Positions 52,095 through 63,219 of a stretch of 64,000 nucleotides of DNA are shown here, piece by piece. Position 1 is the first letter of the stretch; each line of letters starts with the position of its first letter. The stretch lies in assembly GCA_963733035.1 (NCBI GenBank), contig CAVTBU010000008.1:448001-512000 (forward strand). The letters run 5' to 3'. Origin of the DNA: Pirellulales bacterium (GTDB taxonomy: Bacteria; Planctomycetota; Planctomycetia; Pirellulales; PALSA-1355). The notes under the pieces were generated by a model. It did no database searches, had not been told where the DNA came from, and saw only the letters and a list, made by a program, of their open reading frames with translations. The translations under genes were made by a program, and so were the position numbers.

Positions 52095-52892
52095 ATGCGT
52101 GTATTCATAACCACACCGGAGCTTGAGACCGAAGCTGGCAAACAATTGTTCGAGATAGTCGTTCGCGTGACTACCGACGGCAAGCTTGACCTTCCCGAGA
52201 TCAAAGAACTGCGAAAGTGGTTACGAGTCAACAAAGACAACGAGTCTATCGCAGCCATTGGTTACCTGCATGACATCATGACTCGGATCACGGCCGATGG
52301 TGTTGTCGATCGTGACGAGCTGCTGGAATTGCACCTTGCCGTCGAGCGCGTGATCCCAACAGCGCATCGGACACTGGTGATCCAAGCGCGAAAAAAGCGC
52401 GAGTGTGATCGCCGCGAGCGGCTGGGAGAACAACGCCGCATCGAAAAGGAAAAAGAGCAGGAGGAGCGTAAGCCGATTCGGGAGGAAGAGTATCAACGCC
52501 GAATGCGGCTGCGTCACTCATTTGCCAAAGTAGCGGGCGTGACTTTTCCAAATGACGACGGCTCAGAACGTCAAGAAATAATCGGTCGGTGCGATCGCGG
52601 TGATGAGTTGATACTCCGACACGACGCCTACAACGAATTCAGCATGTTCGCCGTTCAAGTCTTGCGGACAGATGGTGAGCAACTTGGACATGTGCCTGAG
52701 TACCTGGCGGAAAGGATCTACAACGCAATTGAAGACGGCTACCGGGTGGCGGGGGTCCTATCCGAGATTACCGGTGGGGCTTGGGACAAACCGACACGGG
52801 GCGTCAATTTTGCGGCGATCTTTGCCGCAAACGACGTGACCCATGAAGAACTGCAGCAGTACGCGAGCAATGTGCTGACTCATCGGGATTGA
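52095..52892 (+). CDS. HIRAN-domain protein with helical N-terminal domain
   Basis: KVAGVTF..RQEII..L.LRHDAYNEF..AVQV..LGHVP HIRAN pattern after a charged coiled coil. Confidence 0.75.
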   Translation: MRVFITTPELETEAGKQLFEIVVRVTTDGKLDLPEIKELRKWLRVNKDNESIAAIGYLHDIMTRITADGVVDRDELLELHLAVERVIPTAHRTLVIQARKKRECDRRERLGEQRRIEKEKEQEERKPIREEEYQRRMRLRHSFAKVAGVTFPNDDGSERQEIIGRCDRGDELILRHDAYNEFSMFAVQVLRTDGEQLGHVPEYLAERIYNAIEDGYRVAGVLSEITGGAWDKPTRGVNFAAIFAANDVTHEELQQYASNVLTHRD

Positions 52893-52956
52893 CCAACTAC
52901 GCGAGGCGTTCGAATTTGCGGCTTAAAAATCTAGGCGGCGCGGGAGACGAAGTGTC

Positions 52957-53754
52957 ATGTCTGCGTTGAGCGATAAGTGGGCAGCTGGTGCGACCTATGA
53001 GGACTTCATGGGTCGCTGGAGCCGTCTTCTTGCCCCCCGGTTTGTGTCATGGTTACCAGTGCGCCCGGCTGCCCATTGGCTCGACGTCGGGTGTGGGACG
53101 GGTGCCTTGAGCGAGGCGATCTGCACCGGCACGCGCCCTGCATCGGTGGTTGCATGTGACCCGTCTGAGCCGTTCATCGAATACGCTCGTCAGCATCACG
53201 TCGATCCACGTGTCTCTTTCGTCGTTGCAGGAATCGGGCAGCTTCCAACGCGTCCAGGCGGGTTCGACAGTGTCACTTCCCTGCTCGCCCTGAACTTCTT
53301 TCCCAATCCCGAGGCTGCCATCGAAGAGATGCGGCGTGTCAGCGCCCCGAATGGCGTCGTATCAGCGTGTGTGTGGGACTACGCCGGCCGGATGGAGTTT
53401 CTTAGGCACTTCTGGGATTCCGTCGCAGCCGTGGACCCCAATGCTGTCGAGCTCGACGAAGCCCGACGTTTCCCAATCTGCCGACCGGATGCGCTCGAGA
53501 CTTTGTTTCGCGGGGGCGGTCTTAGCGATGTTGTTTGCGAGTCGATCGAGATCCCCACCCGATTCTCCACGTTCGCCGACTTCTGGACTCCATTCCTGGG
53601 CGGCACAGGCCCTGCACCTTCCTACGTTGCCAGCCTCGAAACCAGTCGACGCGAGGCGTTGGCCGCACACCTTGACCGTTCGCTTGCCCGGGAGCCGGAT
53701 GGCGCGATCTCCTTGGTTGCCAGAGCGTGGGTCGTGCGTGGAGTCGCGAGCTAG
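52957..53754 (+). CDS. Class I SAM-dependent methyltransferase
   Basis: YEDFMGRWS, LDVGCGTG, FDSV..LALNF, SACVWDY. Confidence 0.9.
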   Translation: MSALSDKWAAGATYEDFMGRWSRLLAPRFVSWLPVRPAAHWLDVGCGTGALSEAICTGTRPASVVACDPSEPFIEYARQHHVDPRVSFVVAGIGQLPTRPGGFDSVTSLLALNFFPNPEAAIEEMRRVSAPNGVVSACVWDYAGRMEFLRHFWDSVAAVDPNAVELDEARRFPICRPDALETLFRGGGLSDVVCESIEIPTRFSTFADFWTPFLGGTGPAPSYVASLETSRREALAAHLDRSLAREPDGAISLVARAWVVRGVAS

Positions 53755-53859
53755 TGATCCGCTTGCCTACAAGCCGCTGAAGGTGCTGCCGCGACCGTCC
53801 GCTATGCGGTAATTGTCGCGCGCGAGCGCGGTTTACTTCGAGTTTTGAGGGGCACAAGT

Positions 53860-54116
53860 CTGCAAAGGGCCCCTGGGTCTTCTGCAACTCCACCGGCGGC
53901 CCCGCTGCGGCGCATCCACTTCCACGCTAACAACTTCAAGCCACTGCTCGACACGGCCGGTCTGCCCCCCATCCGCTTTCATGACCTGCGGCACACGTCG
54001 GCCACACTGTTACTGGCCGCCGGCGTCCATCCCAAGGTCGTCCAGGAACGGATTGGCCACTCGCAGATCGGCATAACGCTCGACACGTACTCGCACGTCG
54101 TGCCCAGGCTCCAGCT
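53860..54116 (+). pseudogene. Tyrosine integrase C-terminal fragment, copy 2
   Basis: VFCNSTGG/PLRR..FKPLLDTAGLPPIRFHDLRHTSATLLLAAGVHPKVVQERIGHSQIGITLDTYSHVVP; truncated at both ends. Confidence 0.9.
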
Positions 54117-54265
54117 TTGTTCGACCCGCGCACGAACGCTTAGCAGCAAGCGGCCCCGATGAATATCGCTAGGCGAAACCGTCGAGCCGCGTTATTGCCT
54201 GACGGCAATGGCGATGTTGAGCCGCGCGTTTGTGGCAAGCGAAATTGTTGACATCGCGCCTGAAG

Positions 54266-55342
54266 TTAGGGTTGACCGCCAACGATCAGCACCCGCCCGT
54301 CGTGCAGCAGCGTTGCGCTGTGCTGCGTTCGTGCGCGCATCATAGAGCCGACTTCCGTCCACTGGTCCGCCTCCGCATCATACAGGTCGGCCGAGCGGAA
54401 TGCCCGCTTGCCCCGTTGACCACCCGTCACCAATACCTTGCCATCGTTCAAGAGGGTTGCCGTCTGCCAGTGGACCGCGTGTCGCATTCTAGCGGCGGGA
54501 CTCCAGGATGAATTGGCTCCCTCCTGGTAGCGTTCCACGTCGGCCGTCAATGATGCGCCGCCGCGCTCTCCTTCCCCGCCGGCGATTAACAGATCGCCAT
54601 TGTGGAGGCGAGTCAGCGATTGCCCGTAGGCATGCGGGCGCTGACAAGGCGCAGCCACGGTCCACTTTGCAGCATCGGGATCGAAGATTTCACACGTCGC
54701 CAGATTGTCGGTGGCGTCCTCGCCAGCTGCCATGAAGAGCCGTCCATCAGCAAGCAGGGCCGCGTGTGCATAGGTTCTCGGTCCGGTCATGGGGGCAGTA
54801 GGTCGCCAGCGGTCCGCCCTGGGATCATAGATCTCGACATCCGCTAGTGCTTGGCCTTGGCGGTAACCTCCCGCGACCAGTACTTCGCCGGATGGAAGCA
54901 ACGTGGCGGTATGACGATCGCGGGCCTTGTTCAGGTCACTAGCGCGGCGCCAACGGCGCTCTTTTGGATCGTAGATGTCGACATTGGCCACGTTGGTGCC
55001 GTTGAAGCCGCCCACAACCAACACCTCGCCGGTTGTCAGGAGTGTCGCCGTATGTCCATATCTGGCGACCGACAGGTTCCCCGCGCGCGACCACCTGTCA
55101 GATTTAGGATCGTATACTTCGGCCGAGCTGAGATATCGGGAGCCGTTCGTCCCGCCGGCAATTAGCACCGTGCCGTCAGCGAGGAGCACGGCCGTATGAA
55201 CGAATCGATGGTCGTGGATCGCGTCCGTCGCGGCGAAACCGGCGTTTGCTGGATCGTAGAGCTCAGCCGCTCGAAGGTCGATGCCGGTGGCCGGCTGCGA
55301 GACGATCGTTGTCAGCACGAGCAATCCATGGCAAGCGAACAT
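54266..55342 (-). CDS. Kelch-repeat beta-propeller protein
   Basis: Repeated R..HTATLL..G.VLV.GG..YDP...W units. Confidence 0.9.
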   Translation of the reverse strand: MFACHGLLVLTTIVSQPATGIDLRAAELYDPANAGFAATDAIHDHRFVHTAVLLADGTVLIAGGTNGSRYLSSAEVYDPKSDRWSRAGNLSVARYGHTATLLTTGEVLVVGGFNGTNVANVDIYDPKERRWRRASDLNKARDRHTATLLPSGEVLVAGGYRQGQALADVEIYDPRADRWRPTAPMTGPRTYAHAALLADGRLFMAAGEDATDNLATCEIFDPDAAKWTVAAPCQRPHAYGQSLTRLHNGDLLIAGGEGERGGASLTADVERYQEGANSSWSPAARMRHAVHWQTATLLNDGKVLVTGGQRGKRAFRSADLYDAEADQWTEVGSMMRARTQHSATLLHDGRVLIVGGQP

Positions 55343-55545
55343 TGCAATCCCTATCCTTCATGTAAGAACGACTCTTGAGCCTGCGTATGCGGTGATGCAC
55401 ACCCTGCGTCGCAGTTTCCTCGGCACCCCGTTATACAGCACCACGACGTCCGCCCTAGTCCACCGTTGTTCGATGCCGTCCGCCGCCCGAGCGTCCACGC
55501 AGTTCTAGCAAGTCCACCGCCATCCATCGCGTAGCTGTCCCGAGA

Positions 55546-55565
55546 TTGGCTACATTTTGGCTACA
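55546..55565. repeat. Tandem TTGGCTACA pair, left (putative integrase arm sites)
   Basis: TTGGCTACA-TT-TTGGCTACA. Confidence 0.75.
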
Positions 55566-55606
55566 TTGGGCCGCTGAGGGCGATGATTTCGGCGCTCAGC
55601 GAGCGC

Positions 55607-55638
55607 AAAAGAAGAGCCCCGCAACTCTGGGCGGGGCT
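55607..55638 (-). terminator. Rho-independent terminator after the tRNA fragment
   Basis: AGCCCCGC-N8-GCGGGGCT stem followed by CTTCTTTT on the minus strand. Confidence 0.75.
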
Positions 55639-55654
55639 AGGGCTTCTAGAAAAG

Positions 55655-55709
55655 CGGAGGGCATGGGATTCGAACCCACAACCCCGTTAGGGGCACCTGA
55701 TTTCGAGTC
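55655..55709 (-). tRNA. 3' fragment of tRNA-Ser(CGA), att core; not a complete tRNA
   Basis: Minus strand GA-CTCGAAA-TCAGG, long variable arm, GTGGG-TTCGAAT-CCCAT, GCCCTCC-G. The D-arm and 5' acceptor strand are absent. Confidence 0.85.
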
Positions 55710-55823
55710 CTACCTGGGCATGTGCCACAGACGTCCACGAGCGTCCAAAGTTGCCACGTGTTTGAGCTTGGGGCGACCGCCGGATTCTGCGACTGTCCGC
55801 GACGTGCGCCAGTGTCCGGCGTA

Positions 55824-55843
55824 TTGGCTACAGATTGGCTACA
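55824..55843. repeat. Tandem TTGGCTACA pair, right (putative integrase arm sites)
   Basis: TTGGCTACA-GA-TTGGCTACA, same orientation and spacing as the left pair. Confidence 0.75.
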
Positions 55844-55886
55844 CCGGCACGGAGCGACATCCACAATCGACTGTGCTGCCAAAGGG

Positions 55887-56582
55887 TTACTTTCGCTCCA
55901 GAACCCATTGAACCGCGCGGCGGGTCAGCTCGGCGGCATTCTTTAAATTGAGCTTGGACTTGATCTTTTCACGATGTGTATCGATCGTGTGCATGCTCAG
56001 GTCGAGCCGAGTAGCAATTGCGCGCGTCGTTAGGCCCTCGCCGATCAATTCAAACACTTGCAGCTCCCGATCGGTGAGAATTTCGGTCGCTAAGCCGAGC
56101 GGCATCGGAGTTTCGGCAGTCGAACGCCCTGTCATGCGGTCCAAGACTGAGGTGGCAAAGTACACTCTTCCCCTGAGAACGTCTCGAATTGCTTCGAGCA
56201 ACGTCTGCGGGTCTTCCTGTTTGTTGACATAGCCGCATGCGCCGGCTTGAAGCGCTCGCTCGGCATACATTGACTCGTCATACATTGAGTGAATCAGCAC
56301 TTTTGTGTCGGTTTTGCGCCCTTTGATTTGTTTGGTCAGGTCAAGGCCGTGCCCATCCCTCAAGGAGAGGTCGACGACGGCCAGATGTGGAGACTGCTCG
56401 TCCACCAACTGCAAAGCCTCCTGGACACCAGCAGCCTGACCGCAGATGGCGAGATCGCTTTGGCGGCCGATCAGCGCAGCGATACCCTCTCGCACCGTGG
56501 GATGGTCATCCACGAGGAGAATTCGCGCCGGCTCGGCGGTCAGATTACTTCGCTCTTCGGTTATCGCTTGCATCTCTGTCAA
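55887..56582 (-). CDS. NarL/LuxR family response regulator
   Basis: LVDDH, VVDLSL, GYVNK, LTDRELQV..IATRL..TIDTHREKIKSKL. Confidence 0.93.
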   Translation of the reverse strand: MTEMQAITEERSNLTAEPARILLVDDHPTVREGIAALIGRQSDLAICGQAAGVQEALQLVDEQSPHLAVVDLSLRDGHGLDLTKQIKGRKTDTKVLIHSMYDESMYAERALQAGACGYVNKQEDPQTLLEAIRDVLRGRVYFATSVLDRMTGRSTAETPMPLGLATEILTDRELQVFELIGEGLTTRAIATRLDLSMHTIDTHREKIKSKLNLKNAAELTRRAVQWVLERK

Positions 56583-59500
56583 GTGTGCAGAGCACCTGAA
56601 CGCCGTGTGGCTCGGCTGGCGTCACCTGCAGCGTGGCGCCAATCAGCCCGGCACGATAGTGCATAATTCGCACGCCGCTACCTTGTTCCTGATAATTCGG
56701 GCTGTCAATTCCTTTTCCATCGTCGACGATTTGAAGTTGAATTGTGCCGCCGACCTCGTGCAGACCCATGGTAACGTGTTTCGCATGGCCATGCGTGACC
56801 GCGTTGACGATCGCCTCCTGGCCAATTCGATAGAGGTGTGCGGCAATTAAATCCGTGCGAACGACAACGGGCGGCTCGCAATCGAATACGCATTTGATTC
56901 CAAAAAGCTGGCTGCTGCGCGAGGCTAGATCGTCGAATGCAGCCAAAACTCGATCAGCATTGACATTGAAGGAGATTAGTCCTCGCGATATTTCACGTAC
57001 GTGTTCCAAGGTAGTCTTGATTGACTTGTCGATCTTGGCGACCAATTCGGCTGCTGGTGAATGTTTTTCCGGATTCATGTCTGCCAGCGCCTCCACCAGG
57101 AAACGCAGGCCTGTGAGCTCCTGCCCGATCCCGTCGTGCAATTCCTGCCCGATTCTGCGTTGTTCAAACAAAGCAATCTCCACCACTTCTTTCTCCAATT
57201 GCTTGCGCTTTGACACGTCTTTAACGAAGCCGGTGAATTGCTGTAGGTGGTCGACCTCGGTGACAGACAACTCAATTGGAAATAGGGAGCCATCCTTGCG
57301 GCGTCCGACGAGTTCTCTGCCGACACCAATGATTTTCGCCTGCCCGGTTTGCAAGTATTTCGCCAAGTACCCGTCGTGCTCGTGACAGTACGGTTCAGGC
57401 ATCAGCATCGAAACGTTTTTGCCGATGACCTCCGTCGCGGCATAACCAAACAAAGTCTCGGCCGCAGGATTGAAGGAATCCACGATCCCTTCCTGAGTAA
57501 TTGTGATTATTCCATCTGCAGCCGTGTCGACAATGGCCTGGATCTGAACTTGGCTGTCATGTAACGCAACCTCCACCATCTTTTGTACTGTGATATCATC
57601 AAACGCCAATAGGATGAGTTCCGAAGGCTGTCCCTGCTGATGATAAAGCTGCGCGCATCGACGAGCAGAGTGTGTGCTTCGTGTTCCGGAAACTCATAGG
57701 TGATCGCGTAGTCCTCCGAATGCATGCTCTTCGGCAGGACGTCTTCCAGCAGGTTCCGTAGCTGAGGGCTATTGAAGCGGCCGCCGCCGAGCGTGTAAAT
57801 GAACTGTCGCTCAACCTCCGGCGGCGACAATTGAAAGGCCTGATAAAAAGCGCGGTTTGCGGTTGTCACGCGCAGCTTCCCATCGAGGATCAACAGAGCT
57901 TGCCGAACGGTCTCCACGATGTTGACGGCGTAATCTCGCGCCGCCTCGATCTCGCTTTCGCGGTGTTTGACCGCATCGATGTCGAAAAGCGTGACGGTGG
58001 CCCCGTCGATCTTGTTTTTCGCGGTTTTATAGGGCCGAATCACCATGCGATACCATCGGCCTTCAGGGCCCGTCACCTCACGTTCCTGGACGACCAACGT
58101 ATCGAGCACTTCCCGAATCAGCGGCTCAAGGTCGGAGACGTTGATCTTCGGCTTCAAATCGCCAATGTGTCGCCCGATGTCGCCGGGCATCAAGTTCGAT
58201 ACAAGCCGCGCGCTGGGGCTAAACCGCCGGACGTGCAAGTCATTTCCCACCACCACCGTGGGAATGTTCACGCTGTCGATCAAGTTGGCCAGGTCGTCGC
58301 CGAGCTGGGTGGCCACTCGAATGCGATTGCGCAACTCGTCATTGACGGTTGTCAACTCTTCATTCGTGGCTTGCAGTTCCTCTTTGGCAGTTTCCAGTTC
58401 TTCGTTGGTGGTTTGCAGTTCCTCATTGCTGGAGACAATCTCCTCATTGGCGGCCTTCAATTCCTCGTTGCTGGCGTCGTGCTCCTCAATAACCGAACGC
58501 AGGTAGGCGTCCTTGGCCCGCAGCTCCTGTCGCAGCCGCTCGATCTGGAGGTCTTCGGTCGGACGTGTCGCTGGCGTCTCGCTCTTGGATTGGGAAACGA
58601 CACCAGCTTCAGGCTCGGCGGTCTCGAATAACACGATGAAGAATCGCTCACCCGAAGCGGGCGCCTTGATCGGGATCACTTCCACGCAGACTTCGTGAAG
58701 TTGCGAGTTGGACCTGAATGGCACCGCTTCCTTGCGGACGATTCGGTCGTCGGTCTTGGCGGTGGAAACGGCGGCGCGAAGATCCGGCACCAAGTCTTCT
58801 CGCGCCATCTGCAATAAGTCGGTCGTGGGTGCACCTGGAGGCGCAACAAGGTACATTTCCGTATTTCCCCGATACTGCACGATTCGTAGCCGCTCATCGA
58901 TCACCACGCCGGGCGGAGAATATTTGGAAATAACCACGCGGTCGACCTCCCGCTGCACATCGTTCGTTGCGCGAGCGGGATCGCGAGGCCCCGTGCTGAT
59001 TGCGCCGCTGACCTGGGCTCGGCCGCCGGGCGCGAAGTCGAACTGAAGGCGACTGGCAGTGGCACTACGGGCGTAGATTCTGTGCTGTTTGGCGACGAGG
59101 TCGAAGAGGTCAGTCAGTGTGCCAACCGTTTCTGCGTTGCCAAGGAGCAGATACCCGTGCGGCTTCAATGCATAGTGAAAAATCGGCAGCACCCGCTGCT
59201 GTAGCGCGGGACCGAGGTAAATCAGCAGGTTGCGGCAACTGATCAGGTCGAGTTGCGAAAACGGCGGGTCCTTAGTCACATCGTGCTGCGCGAAAATACA
59301 CATATCACGAGCCGATTTGTCGATTTGATAGCCTCCGTCGACTTTTGCGAAGAACCGTCGGAGGCGCTCAGGCGACACCTCGGCCGAGATGCCTTCTCCG
59401 TAGGTGCCTGAGCGTGCCACGGCGATGGCCTTGGAGCTGATGTCCGTGGCAAAAAGCTTGATCGGTGGTGCATCATTTAGCTCGCCGAGAAACTCCAGCA

Positions 59501-60614
59501 GACAAATGGCCAGCGAGTAGACTTCCTCACCCGTGGCGCAGCCAGCAACCCAGACCCGGATCGGCGCGTCGGCGGAGCGGCCCGCCAGAAGCCTTGGGAA
59601 GACGATCTGCTTAAGAGCTTCGAATGTTTCCGGGTCACGGAAGAAGCTGGTCACTTGGATAAAGACATCATCGAACAAAGCCTGCAATTCAGCGGTATTC
59701 TCACGCAGATAGCGCAGATATTCCTCGATATTGTGCAGCCTGCAGAGCACCATGCGGCGTTGGATTCGCCGCCGCAGCGTGGGATGCTTGTAGTTTGCTA
59801 AGTCGACGCCAAAGGTGGTCGTCAGCAATCGCACCACTTTGCCAAACTGGTCCTCCTTAACTTTGCCAACGGCCGAGGGAACGGGTTCCTTCTCGTGGTT
59901 CGAATAGGGATGCCGTGCAATTCGCACCAACTCGGCGGCAATCTGGGCGGGCGGCAGTATAAAGTCGACGCACCCCGAAGCCACGGCACTGCGCGGCATG
60001 CCGTCATGTTGGGCGCTTTGGTCCTGCGCGAAGGCAATTCCGCCTTCACCCTTGACAGCCTTGAGCCCCAGCGTGCCGTCCGTACCGGTGCCCGACAGGA
60101 TCACGCCGATGGCACGACTCTTTTGGTCCTCGGCCAGCGATCGCAGAAACCTATCGATCGGTAAATGTGGCGTGCGTGCGGTCGTGCGCGGCGTGAGGTG
60201 CAACACCCCATGCTCGATAGTCAAGTCGGCATTCGGCGGAATGATAACCACATGATTGGCGCACGCGGCGGCGCCATCGCTGGCCTCCTCGACGGGCAAC
60301 GATGTCGCCTTGGACAGGATCTCGACGAGCGCACTGGGATGATGAGGATCAAGGTGCTGGATCAGCACGAACGCCATCCCGGAGTCAGATGGTAGTGATT
60401 CCAAGAGCGCTTTGACAGCTTCGAGGCCGCCGGCCGAAGAGCCAATGCCCACGATATAAGTTGGCCGGCCCAGAGCGGCATCCGTCGGCGCCGAAACGGC
60501 TTCGCCGGACGGCCCGCGCGATGCAGTAGCAGGAGCTTCCGACGGGTTTGGATCAGCAGAAACCGGAGTCGGTTGGTTTTTGTTTCTCCTTCGGACAGCC
60601 ATGCGTTGTTCCAT
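56545..60614 (-). CDS. CheB-CheR-PAS-PAS-histidine kinase (HisKA_3) fusion, frameshift near 57650
   Basis: GSSAGG/QHL/SGTGTDG (CheB); VTSFFRD, GCATGEE, ISCRNLLIY (CheR); NEEL coiled coil; PAS domains; IGQELHDGIGQ..DDGKG. One extra A joins ORFs 57507-60980 and 56545-57609. Start is approximate. Confidence 0.88.
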
Positions 60615-61009
60615 GTGGGATGCGAGCCAGATGTAGATTTCCCCATCGCGGATTGGAAATCCTGGTTCATCATCTCGAAAGGCTGGCCGGGTAGCAATGT
60701 CCGACGCCGACCTTCGGGACGGCTCGTCGGCACCGCCGGCTGATTTCCGAGCCCATTTGCCTCGTTTGGCGACCGGTCGGCTGCCAAACGCTCGTTTCCC
60801 GAGGTTTCTCGTGCCATGGTCATTGCTCACGCTTCGGCAAGGCATGGCGGATTTCTCGATCCAGGATTGGGGATCTTCTCGATTGGCGGCGAACCGCGGC
60901 AGCCCCACAATTGGGCAGACTGTCACAGCATTGGCCAGGATAAAAGAGTTTCGCGGCCCAATCGGACAGCCGGCTCTCATCTAACTCTCATCGCCAGCAG
61001 GACCCAACG

Positions 61010-61303
61010 ATGTTTCAAATCAGAACCGACGAGACGGCGCCCAGTTGTGCCAGCTCTGAACCGAGCGAAACCGATCCGGCCGAGTTGGTGGCAGCACGAC
61101 TGCGGCGCAGCGGCTATCCGCCTCTGTGGGACGTTTCGTGTGAGTTCAGCGAGGGCACCCTCACGCTTTCGGGAACCGTCCCATCCTTTCACTTGAAGCA
61201 GGTAGCCCAGGAGTTGGCTGCGCATACGCTGGGGGTCAGGCAGGTCGAAAATGGCTTATATGTGAAAACCACGGCCCGTCGAGCGCAGGCTCAGCCGCGG
61301 TAA
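61010..61303 (+). CDS. BON-domain protein
   Basis: GTLTLSGTVPSFHLKQVAQELA..GVRQVENGL. Confidence 0.8.
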   Translation: MFQIRTDETAPSCASSEPSETDPAELVAARLRRSGYPPLWDVSCEFSEGTLTLSGTVPSFHLKQVAQELAAHTLGVRQVENGLYVKTTARRAQAQPR

Positions 61304-61371
61304 GTGCAAACAGGCTACGGAGACGACGGGCTTGAGCAAGACGTCGATCGCCCAGTCAGGAGCGGATAGCT

Positions 61372-62502
61372 ATGTCAATCGAACCATCAAAGGTGTTGGT
61401 GATCGGGGACCGCCGTGCCGCAACGAACACCCTCCTCAATATGCTGCACTGCTGTGGGCACCGAGTCGATTGCGCCTGCGACGTGGGCAGTGCGAACAGT
61501 GGCGATCTATCCGAGTACATGGCGATCATCATCGACGAAGACGGGGTTGAGGATACGCTGGACAGACTGGTGGCCGGGTTGCGGCATCGGGCGCCGACTG
61601 CGGGAGTTGTCATCATTGCAACTTCACAGCCTGATGATCAGACACTGAGCTCACGATACGAGATCGCCGACGATTGGCTGACAAAACCTGTCACGGCATA
61701 TCACGTTCGGCTGAGCATCGCGCGCGCTATAAAACTGCAACGCATGAAGCAGTCGTTGCGTGACACGGATCGATTGGCGGTGCTGGGGCGAATGGTGGCG
61801 TATCTGGCGCATGAAGGTCGTAATATCTTGTCGACATCCTCCAATTGTGCAGAACTCCTCGAATTCAAGCTTATTGGCTGCCCTAGCTTGATCGAGTTGA
61901 CAACCTTGCTGCGGTCCTCCCACGCCCATTTGTCGCGATTGTTCGATGATGTGTGTGGATACGCCGGGTCCGTTAAGGTGAAGGTCGAGCCGTGCAACTT
62001 GCGAGAACGTTTTCTGTCTGTGTGCGAAGATTTGAAAAGAACCGGCCTCACGAAACGCATCGAGGTGGTTGAGCACTTCGTCGAATCGGATTTGTGTTGC
62101 CAAGCCGATCCTTTCCGTGTGGACCAGGTGTATCGGAATCTTGTGCAGAACTCGCTGGCCGCTAGCCCCGATCCGGTTCGGCTCACCGCCTCCTGGTCGG
62201 CGACCCAACTGGAAGGACGCCCGGCTCTGCGATTGTCCTTGCGTGATAACGGTCCTGGATTCTCAGACGAGCAGAGGCAGCAGGCATTTGAGCCGTTTGC
62301 AACGACCAAGTCCGAGGGCACCGGGCTCGGCTTGGCCATCGCCAAACAAATCGTCGAGGCGCATGGAGGCACAATTGAACTTTGTGCAAGCGACTCCGGG
62401 GGCGCTGAGTTTGTGATCACAATCCCGCGAGGGAACGCCCCGAGCAAGGCACAACCAATTACTGCTGGGAAGCACTGCGGACACGAATCGGTCTGCGTTT
62501 GA
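61372..62502 (+). CDS. Hybrid receiver-histidine kinase
   Basis: Divergent receiver (IIID, WLTKP), AHEGRN, NLVQNS, DNGPG, FEPF.TTK..GTGLGL. Confidence 0.88.
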   Translation: MSIEPSKVLVIGDRRAATNTLLNMLHCCGHRVDCACDVGSANSGDLSEYMAIIIDEDGVEDTLDRLVAGLRHRAPTAGVVIIATSQPDDQTLSSRYEIADDWLTKPVTAYHVRLSIARAIKLQRMKQSLRDTDRLAVLGRMVAYLAHEGRNILSTSSNCAELLEFKLIGCPSLIELTTLLRSSHAHLSRLFDDVCGYAGSVKVKVEPCNLRERFLSVCEDLKRTGLTKRIEVVEHFVESDLCCQADPFRVDQVYRNLVQNSLAASPDPVRLTASWSATQLEGRPALRLSLRDNGPGFSDEQRQQAFEPFATTKSEGTGLGLAIAKQIVEAHGGTIELCASDSGGAEFVITIPRGNAPSKAQPITAGKHCGHESVCV

Positions 62503-62635
62503 ATATATTCGAGGGTTCATGCGAAAGCCGGAACTCCTCAAAAGAACCGGAGAACATTTGTGGCTGCGGATAATGCGACGGAGCCAACGCAACTGGCGTG
62601 GCCCAACTCAAATACGCCGCTGGGAGAATTCGGCC

Positions 62636-62866
62636 ATGCTTGTATTGTCGCGGAAGCTCGGCGAAAGCATTTGCATCGGAGCCAATATCGCCGTGGTCAT
62701 CACGCAGATCGATGACGGTCGCGTCAAGATCGGGATCGAGGCTCCCAAGTCAATTCCGATCTTTCGGAGAGAGTTGACCAGCAGTTCGCAAACAAGAAAC
62801 GGGAGCACAATCACGGCTCCGAGGAATTCGACAAATGGAGACGGCAAGAGGGATTCTGCGAATTAA
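62636..62866 (+). CDS. csrA: Carbon storage regulator CsrA
   Basis: [40 protein letters not shown]. Confidence 0.9.
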   Translation: MLVLSRKLGESICIGANIAVVITQIDDGRVKIGIEAPKSIPIFRRELTSSSQTRNGSTITAPRNSTNGDGKRDSAN

Positions 62867-62923
62867 CGGGCTAGAGACGGTCACCCAGAACCGTCGGCAC
62901 AGAGGCCGCTAGGGAGGTTACGA

Positions 62924-63205
62924 GTGGACCAACAACCATCAAAAAATGGTCGTGCCGCGCTGGTCGTCCTACCAAGGCAACCCAGCGGAAATGGTAATCG
63001 GTTGGCAGTTACCCCAATCGCTCACGCCGCAGCGATCGGCGAGCCACCAAATGCCTGGCTCTGCCAGCTCAGTTCGGATCGGCCGACGTACGAATGCCCG
63101 AACTGCAAAGAGTCGGGCATGCAATTCTTTGCCGAAAGACGCGACATGCCGGGAAGGGAGGAGTTTTTTTATTGTCATGCCTGCGGATCCAATTGGGAAA
63201 TGTAG
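62924..63205 (+). CDS. Small zinc-ribbon protein
   Basis: CPNC..FFYCHACGSNW; GGAGG RBS before GTG. Confidence 0.55.
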   Translation: MDQQPSKNGRAALVVLPRQPSGNGNRLAVTPIAHAAAIGEPPNAWLCQLSSDRPTYECPNCKESGMQFFAERRDMPGREEFFYCHACGSNWEM

Positions 63206-63219
63206 CAGATCGGACACAC

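Noticed and set aside
51585..54116. Active integrase or integron
   Set aside because: Both copies lack the N-terminal majority of the protein; no IntI features or attC hairpins were recognised.
55655..55745. Complete tRNA-Ser gene
   Set aside because: Sequence 5' of the anticodon loop cannot form the anticodon stem, D-arm or acceptor stem; only the 3' part is present.
56545..60614. Chemotaxis operon
   Set aside because: No cheA, cheW, cheY or MCP genes; this is the orphan CheBR-kinase architecture.
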